Source: the human T2T-CHM13v2.0 reference genome, Homo sapiens
Length of the DNA stretch: 64,000 bases
Reading direction: 5' to 3' (one strand)
Assembly (NCBI RefSeq): GCF_009914755.1
Contig: NC_060926.1
This document shows, piece by piece, positions 55,873 through 64,000 of the stretch. Made by a program: the position numbers and the translations under genes. Within the stretch, counting starts at the first letter, position 1. Each line of letters opens with the position of its first letter. The notes beneath the pieces are model-generated. The model searched no databases. It saw nothing but the letters and a program-made list of their open reading frames with translations, and was not told the DNA's origin.

Positions 55873-58800
55873 AGTCTTCTCATACACAATCTAAGCTGTC
55901 TCTAATTTTTTAAAAGGAATGGCAAGATACATGCTCCCTATCCCTCAACAAACATAAAAATTAGATTATCCTTTATCAAATTTAAAATGTTTTTAATGTT
56001 TATATTTTAGTGTCTCTGAAAGAAACTATCATGTGACATACATGAGTTAATTTTATTTGTTGCCAATTCTTATAAAAAGTGGATATAGATGTTGTTAAAG
56101 TAGGTTTTAGAGATTCCATTTTAGTTTCAAGTGTATACCTTTTAAGTCAAAGGAGGTACTTTGTTTGCTATTAGAAGCCAACAGATTTTTGACAAGATGG
56201 TCTTAAGGACTGTGTTATATTTAGGAATGAGCGCTTCCTCTCCAGATCTGTGCCGCCACCTCATTCCGGGTGACTTCTAAACAACCTAGGGTCACAGTGG
56301 CCTCTCTTTAATTAGTATCTCACTGCTGGAGGGAGGGGAGCATGTCAGGGGGAAAAGAATGTAAGAAGACATTATAAACAAAGGTCTTCAAGGCAACTTA
56401 GTGGTTTGGTCAAGGAATGGAAGAAAGCCTAGCTCCTTTTTTGTTACCAAAGTAAGGCCGGAAACGGTTTTGATTCCTACAAATTGAGATGGTTGGAATT
56501 TTTCTGTATGTTTGTTAATTCTGCCTTAACGTGTTAGACTTTATCTCTAATCAATTTGATAGCCTATGACTGAAAACTCCACATTCATTGTTTAGATGAC
56601 AAAATAATGATCCATAAAGAAAACAGAAGATTCAGTGGACACTTTTCCATCTAAGGGATGATTCCATTAAGGTTTTAGCAATATCCAAGTTACGTTAATA
56701 CAACATTTTCCTTCTTTAAAATAAAGAAGTATAATATTTAGGAAAGTAGAGGTCAATAATAACTATCTAAGAGATATTTTTTAAATCCATCATAGCTAAA
56801 ACTGTACCTCCCATATATATACCTACAACTAATTTTATGAGGCCAGGAACAAAATTCTATTTAAATTGAGCTCACTGCAATAAATAAATGAGTGAATAGG
56901 TAAAGAGAACTGAGTCAAAAATAAATTTTACCTGAAAATCAAGAATGACACAATTAAAAAAATTGTTAAAGCCTAAATATATAAACATATATGTTTATCT
57001 GTATCTATATTTATGTCTATCTGATGGTATATATTAATACATAGAGATTTCATATAGATCCAATTCCACAAGGGAATTACATTTTTAAAATATCAAAGAC
57101 TAAAATTCTTGAAAACTAAGACGGTTATCTGTATGAATAAGGAACACTTTTAGAATATTAATTCTTCAGTTAAAAACACTGACACTGATTAATGGTTTCT
57201 GTTGGGTATTATTTACAAGAAATCATCTCAGCAGGGTGCCTGTGTCCAGTTTCATAATCACATAGTACACTCACCCTACAGGATTATGTTCTAGGCAAGT
57301 TCGAATGTTAAGTTGAATTTCATTCTCTTCAGGAAGTGACTTTTACTCAAGATTGAATACAGCTGTTAGCACAGATCACTGTTCCAAAAACATTTCTATG
57401 AGAGCTGGAAGAAAACACCATTTTAAGAAATGCAAATTCACTTTCATTATTTCAAATCTGTGCAAGCAAAGCTGGAAGGGAATCTCTGGTCTCTGTTTGT
57501 TAGTTAAATTAGGTTATTATAAATATTCAAGAGAAAACATGCAGGATGGCTACGAGATGGCTATAAGACTTTCCATGTACTTCTGGAGCCTACATATTTT
57601 AATCACCAGTTTGTTTATAACAAATACAGTGGCTTGGTTTTTGTTTCAAAAATCAAAGTTATACTCAATTTCTCCTTAAATTTCACTCTCTAATACAACT
57701 TGGTTTTCTCTCTTTATATTCACAGAAATGTAGCCTGGCAAAAAACGTGGGGTGGCCTCAGCAGAGGAAATGCTGCCAGCTGAAAACACCGGATGTAATC
57801 GAGACCACAAGAGACACAGACTTAGTTATAAATGTCGAACTAAAAAGAGGTATTGGAAAGAAACAAAGTCTAACTTTTTATTGGCTGGATTAATTATTGT
57901 AGTGAAATCTTGCTATTTCATAGTTTAGTCCCAAACAAAACAGCATATCGGGGAATTATTTTTATAATCCTAGGTTCCACTTTCTAGAGCTTTAAAAGAA
58001 GAAGAAGAAGAAGAAAAAAACTCTATGGATTCTTACCATCCCTGGCCATTTTCCTACTACTGTGGGTAGGAGAACAGAGGTTTTGGGTGTCAACCTACGA
58101 GACAGTACAGGATAGGTTGGATCGGCTTCCACAAATAGCTGGGAAAAGAGCATTTTTAAAGAATGTCTTTTAGCATCACAGAAATGTCCTTTTACTATAT
58201 AAAGAACCAGAATAAATCTGTCTATAGATGGACCCGTAACAGACTAAGTTAATTAGTATTATTAATTCTCTTTGGCAATGGGGTGGGGATAAGAAAACTT
58301 AATTTACAAAGTCTGTAATAGCTGTTTTTCTATTCCCGCCCTTTGACATTGTGCTTCCTTTTGTATGGCGTAATGGTGATAACCATGTTCCTTCCCTATT
58401 GGCTATGAAAATCCAAATTTGAATTCAAGACAAGCATAACACTTTGGGATCCCTATGATCCTCCTAGTTTGGCTATTAGTGCTTTCCAAGCTGCACTTTT
58501 CAACAGTTATCTATTGCTTTCTATGTAAAGACTGTTTCAATTAAATACATTTGTCTGTTCAAAAAATAATTCTTCAGGCAAAAATTTAAAATTTAATTTA
58601 CTTTTTAGCCAGGGAAAATGATATTTTAATTGTCAAAATATAATAGTTTTTATTTAAGACCCTGACTAAAGGGAGCAGTTAGCAGTTTTTGCACTTTAAA
58701 GTTAACAGGAAGTCTCCTTTCTTCCTTTTTTTTCATATAATATGATCAATGTTTCTTGGAAAGGTTAACATTTCTCATAAGAGATTAAAGGACCCACCAT

Positions 58801-58922
58801 AACTCACACAGGAGAAAGTGGGCATCTTCTGATGGTAAGAACAGGTCATTTTTGAAACTATGTTGTTATACATGTCAGCCATCTTATTAAGTAAGCTCTT
58901 GGAAAAAATAAAAGAAAATCTT

Positions 58923-58941
58923 TTGCCACTAGAGGGAGTTC
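58923..58941 (+). promoter_or_regulatory. CTCF motif
   Basis: TTGCCACTAGAGGGAGTTC matches the CCASYAGRKGG core. Confidence 0.55.
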
Positions 58942-59248
58942 AAAATTCCCTTTGTATCAGTAAACACGTAAAGTGCATTTAACCTCTGAAACAATAAAAA
59001 CTATGATTGTAGTACACTTTTTAAAAAATTAAACAATAAGACTAAATCAAGAATTAGGTTTTTGGGGAATATATCTTTTCCTTCAGTTAGAATAGCTATG
59101 GTGAATATATGCCATGGTTATTATGTACAGCACACATATGTTAAAGGTAACTTAATAATTTTAATATCTGGAAGCAGTACAATGAATAAGCATTCTTATT
59201 CATTGGGATTGTAATCTTTTACTCTTTCAAGCTGTATTTAATAATAAC

Positions 59249-59812
59249 TGTGGTAGACATTTCCAGAAATACCTGCCCACAATCCCTCCCACTCTGCATG
59301 TGCTTTCCCAATGTGATTCTCTCCTCCAAAGTCCAGGACTGGAACCTGTTTCACCTCTCCTTGCCTAAGGGATGGCCCTGTGTGACAGTAGAATGCAGAA
59401 GTATGGCTGAGTGACTTTCAGATCTGGGCCTGAAGAGGCTTTCAGCCAATCACCCTGTAAAGAAATCTGGGCTAGTCTGCCTTCCAGTTAGAATCCACAT
59501 GGAAAGAGAGGCTGTACAGAATGAGAAGCTACACAGAGGAGAATGGAGGCACTCCAGTCAACAGCCAGACAACTGTGAGGCATGTCAATGAGGCCATCTT
59601 GGACATTCAATCCCCAGCTGAGCTCCCAACTGCATGCAGCTGCCTGAGTGACCCAGCCAAAGTCAAATGGAGCAGAAGAGCCACCCAGCTGATCCCAGCC
59701 AACCCAGGAAAATGCAAAATTTTAAGTCATTTTTAAGTTTTAAGTCATTTTTAAGTCATTTTAAGTTTTAAGTTGGAGGTAATTTGTTACTCCATAATAG
59801 ATAATTGAAACA
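59249..59812 (+). mobile_element. MLT1 (G/H-like) solo LTR
   Basis: TGTGGTAG...AATTGAAACA termini, TSD ATAAC/ATAAT, atgaggccatcttggacattc...cccagctgagctccca. Confidence 0.8.
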
Positions 59813-60590
59813 ATAATACTAGTAAATATGTTTGTATCATGGTCTATATTTTTTAAAAGCCCTTTTACATCCACTATTTCCTATAGCCATACCATGCAGT
59901 GGGAAACTAGATCAAAGGTTAAATATCCTGGCCAAGATCTTGGAGTGCTTAAAAACAAATACAAAGTTTAAGAGAGAGATGTTTCTCTTAAGTAAATGCT
60001 ATATATCCCTATTTTTCTACTTTTTATCTTATGTAGTAGTGATTAACAAATAATCAAGTATTGGTTAACAACTACTTTCTCCCGTGCTTCTTTTCCATAA
60101 GAACTAGTTAATCTAAACAATTATATTCATTTATTTTTCTATTAGTCCTACCAGTTCAAAAAGTAAAAATAGTATTTTGGGACCTGTGCCTCTTTATTTA
60201 TGCACACCTCTAGCTGTGTTTTGATGTTTGAGAAATGTTAATTATTTGAAAGTTCTACACACAAAGCACTGACAGCTTCAAGTGGTAAGCTGAATTTTTA
60301 AATGTGAAATGACCCTTAATTCTTTCCTTGCTTATTCTCATTGTAGACAAGTTTTACAACTCTCCTATCTGCTTGACTTTCAGTTGCATGAAATAATGAT
60401 GGGGCGCTTAGCACCAGGTCCTTTGCATTTTGGTTCCCCATCTCCCTTTCCCTCCTCCAGGGTTACCTGTGATATTGTATATGACTGATATGGACATGAC
60501 GGTCCCAGCAAGAGAAAGACACTGGATTTTTCCCACTGATAGCTAAGTGTTCTTGCGGGGAGTTGTGTGTGGCAGGAGGAATGGTCTCAG

Positions 60591-60738
60591 AATCCAAGAA
60601 TGGCCTGGGTTACCTAGGCAATAGTCTAATAAAATAGTCTAATAAAATTAGACTATTGCCTAGGTAACCCAGGCCATTCTTGGATTTATTAGTTTATTCT
60701 GAAAATCTGCTAGAAATCAGATTTTCAGAATAAACTAA
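60591..60738. repeat. Two adjacent perfect inverted repeats (40-bp arms, 16-nt loop; 21-bp arms, 8-nt loop)
   Basis: 60591-60630 is the reverse complement of 60647-60686; 60689-60709 is the reverse complement of 60718-60738. Confidence 0.97.
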
Positions 60739-61029
60739 GTGGTCCACATTCAAGACAGAATAAAATTCAAGTTTTGAAAGCTTTGGATCCAGACCGAATC
60801 AACCTACTAGCCAGATTCTTTTCTGAGGAAGCAAGCATCCCACTATCTTTTGGTACAAAGGTTCTCATTACCTGCAGAAGACATGCTACTTCCTCGTTTC
60901 CCACAGCAGTCACAATGCAAATGAGAACAATAAGTATAAATGTTAAGTTATAGAGGCTGGAAGCCAGGAATCTACTGGGAGGCTGTTAAGATAAATGTAG
61001 ATTAAGCATCTTCTACTTGATACCTTCCA

Positions 61030-61570
61030 AAGTCTGTTTCATAATCTTAGGCTAAAGAACCAAATCTTTCACATGGCCCACATATCTCTGCAAGACTTGA
61101 CTCATACTTATTTCTCCAGTACTATCTTGCACTATTGTCTTCCTCACCACTAAGAACCAGGTAATCTGGACTTTCAGTTCCTTATACTTGCAAGGCAACC
61201 AATCCAGCAGTATGTTTCACACATGCTATTCTCTATGCATGGAATGCTCCTTCTCTACCTCTTTGCCTAGTTAACTCCAACTTATTCTTCAAGGCTCGGC
61301 TTAAATTACTTATACCAGAAAATCTTCCCTCTTAATCCCCAGAATAGGCTGGGTCTTCCTGTTATATAACCCTCATATAGCATACTGTATATCTCCTTTT
61401 CTGGACTCACAAAGCTGCAATCTAAATTATTATTTAATGTCCATCCTTTCTGCCTCATTATAAAAGCTCTTTGAGAAACGGGGTTGTGCCTGTTTTGCTC
61501 ATTGTTTTATCACCAGTGTTTTGTATAGTACAGAATAGGTATTCAATACTATTTATTGAACATGAATCTA
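61030..61570. mobile_element. L2 3' portion
   Basis: cacatgctattctctatgcatggaatgctcctt...aagctctttgagaaacgggg...aataggtattcaatactatttattgaacatgaat. Confidence 0.7.
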
Positions 61571-62228
61571 TTATATTTAAAGAATTTAAAAATGTATGTC
61601 TACATATAAACTTGCATATGTTACATTATATTATATGTACTTCTGAAGATACAAAGAAGAATCTGACAGTTTCAGTAAGAAAAAGACATGCACAAATGAC
61701 CAAGTGGTAAAGCAGACTCTGATCCAGTAATATGAAGAGAACTAAATAACATACCATGGAGAACAGGGAAAAGGGGATTGACTCTAAATGGTGACCATAG
61801 GAAGCTTTGTGGAGGAGAATCTGAAAGCGCCTCTAAGAACAGGGAAGATTTATACATACATTTTTCTGGCCCACTAGAAACAGCAATGTTCACAGTGTTT
61901 GCCATCCCACTAACATTTTTCTGTTCTTCACTCTTCCTTTTCACTTGGTATTCCCGAATGCCTTCCAAACTCCAGGAAATAAAAGAAACAGTGGTTTAAT
62001 GGGGGCATTGGCAATGCTTAACTCAAATAAATGACATTTTGACAATAAACTATTAGAACTGTGTGAAAACCGATTTAACTCCTTGCAGCAATAATAGCTT
62101 GGCAACTGTGTAAGAACTCAGATTAGGAACTGCAAATCAATTGTCCAAAAGAAGTCTTTTCTTAAATCCAGATATAAGGTATAAGGAATGTAAGATGTTT
62201 GGGCGGGGAAAAGGGAGTAAAGGTCACG

Positions 62229-62247
62229 CAGGCCACCTGGTGGCAAT
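62229..62247 (-). promoter_or_regulatory. CTCF motif
   Basis: Minus strand reads TTGCCACCAGGTGGCCTG (CCACCAGGTGGC core). Confidence 0.55.
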
Positions 62248-62622
62248 GTGTCAGAGAAGGAGCCAGAGCTTTGGGAAAAGTGAGGCTCACTGCCAACACT
62301 GCAGGAAATCTTTGTGACACACTGGTGTGTCATGAAACAATGATTGGGTATCACTAATAACAAGCATTTCACTTAATGGTTTGGAATTCGGATATACTAC
62401 ATAGCCTGCCCAACTACCCAGAACAGAGCAGAATTAGATCTGGGAAATCACCCTAGTTGCCCAATCCTCAGGGAATTCTCATCCTGTTGGATCCAGCAAG
62501 CTGAGTTACGAGCTACTCTTCTCTTCTGAGGTTCCTGGCTTCTAGCTAACTGGTCACATCTCCGGGATGAGCACCTACTCTCACTGGTTTTGATACGAAT
62601 ATTAAAAAAAAAAAAAATCTTT

Positions 62623-62935
62623 AGACTGAGTGAGGTAGCTCACATCTGTGGTCCCAGCACTTTGGGAGGCCAAGACAGGTGGATCGCTTGGGCTCAAGAG
62701 TTCAAGACCAGCCTGAGCAACATGGTGAAACCCTGTCTCTACAAAAAAATACAAAAACTAGCCAGGTGTGGTGGTGCACACCCATAGTCTCAGCTACTCG
62801 GGAGGCTGAGGTAGGAGGATCGCTTGAGCCTGGAAGTTGAGGCTGCAATGAGCCGAGATTGTGCCACTGCACGTTAGCCTGGCCCACAGTGTGAGACCTT
62901 GTCGCCAGAAAAAAACAAAACAAAACACAAAAAAA
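62623..62935 (+). mobile_element. AluJ-like
   Basis: Alu dimer with (AAAAC)n tail. Confidence 0.92.
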
Positions 62936-64000
62936 CTTTAAAACAAGTTTGTTCACAGTTATGAGAACTTGAGTTCACTGAATTCAAGTTTTCAGCAACA
63001 AAATTCCATTTTTAGCTTCACAATTAAAACAAGTGAAATTTGGTCCAAATAACAAACATTAAGTGACACTGAGGTATAATTTTGATTCCTGGATTTACAT
63101 ACAGTATGTCAATGTTAAAGTGAAAAATAGGCTTCCGTTATGAAAGACACATTTGGTAAGCCACACTGCCTACATAAAATTTTCTGATTCTGATCTGCAG
63201 AAATGTGGCTTGGCTTTGGAGACTGTTCTTTTTCATATCATGTCTTCACAGTGCTATCTTAAAGCCTTTTGGCAACAATTCTTCATAAAGTGAATTTTAA
63301 TTCCCAAGTATATTTTAATATCAATCTTTCAACACAAAGCACTATAATTTCAAAGCAGTTTGGAATATCTAGGAACATGTCTGTGCAACTGAACTGCGCT
63401 TCCTCTTAAGTATGGCATTGTGCAATCCTCGTTTACTTTGGATTATGTGATAAGGACTCAGCTCCTAATCATTTTAATCTCACATTTTTATGACCCTTTT
63501 GTTTAAAGTCAATATTTTAATTGGCATATCAAGATCTGAATGGATCTTGGATTAGAAATTGTGTTTAAATTGAGAAAAGGGCATATACTAGTCAAATGAC
63601 TTCGATATGAGCACAGGAGCTGAATTTTCACTGTAGTAAAGGAGCTTGTTATAAAATAAAACGTTTAAAAGTAATGAAATAACATTCAATAGAAAAACTG
63701 TAGTCACTAGTTCATGAGAAGTGTTTAGCTGATACAGGATTCTAGTCCATTTAAAAAACAAATAAAAACCTCTACAACTACTGCTTTGGGCAATACATAT
63801 ATATTAAATTCAAAAATATTTTCAAAATCTTACTCTAGCCAATAGTTTCAGTCCATCCAATTACCAACTATTTCATCAACACTACTAAAAAATAGGGCAT
63901 GAGTGTGAGCTCCTTTTCCCCCCACATTGCTCACCCAAAACAAACAAACATGAAAGAAAGAGCCTTTGAGGGAGACAGAAAGGAAAAAAAAAAACAGCAA

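Noticed and set aside
55552-55905. Lys/Glu/Arg- and Phe/Leu/Ser-rich ORFs
   Set aside because: Translations of the GAAA/GAAG microsatellite.

Overview
Primate, almost certainly human, genomic DNA: AT-rich, with dense Alu, L1, L2, MIR, MaLR and DNA-transposon relics. I recognise the locus as the large first intron of RBMS1 (MSSP/SCR2, chr2q24.2, minus strand). The identification is from memory of the peptide and miRNA sequences, not from a database search. The only supportable coding sequence is a 69-nt alternative first coding exon (36936-37004, minus strand, MIFPSSSGNPGGSSNCRTPYRKQ then a GTGAGG donor) inside a CpG-island promoter. That island also contains the miR-4785 hairpin and a 21-codon upstream ORF. 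The other listed ORFs are Alu, L1, microsatellite or GC-composition artefacts. I find no new multi-gene system. The most unusual signals are small sequence structures: (1) two back-to-back perfect hairpins (40 bp and 21 bp stems) at 60.6-60.7 kb that look like an 84-nt templated insertion; (2) a 43-bp MIR piece apparently copied 1.4 kb away; (3) an Alu whose A-tail appears converted to G; (4) a 29-bp minisatellite carrying ETS motifs; (5) a compact NF-kB/E-box/NRF1-like motif cluster; (6) a convergent pair of CTCF motifs; (7) a 34-nt insert flanked by 17-bp direct repeats. Repeat subfamily calls and old-repeat boundaries are by eye and approximate.
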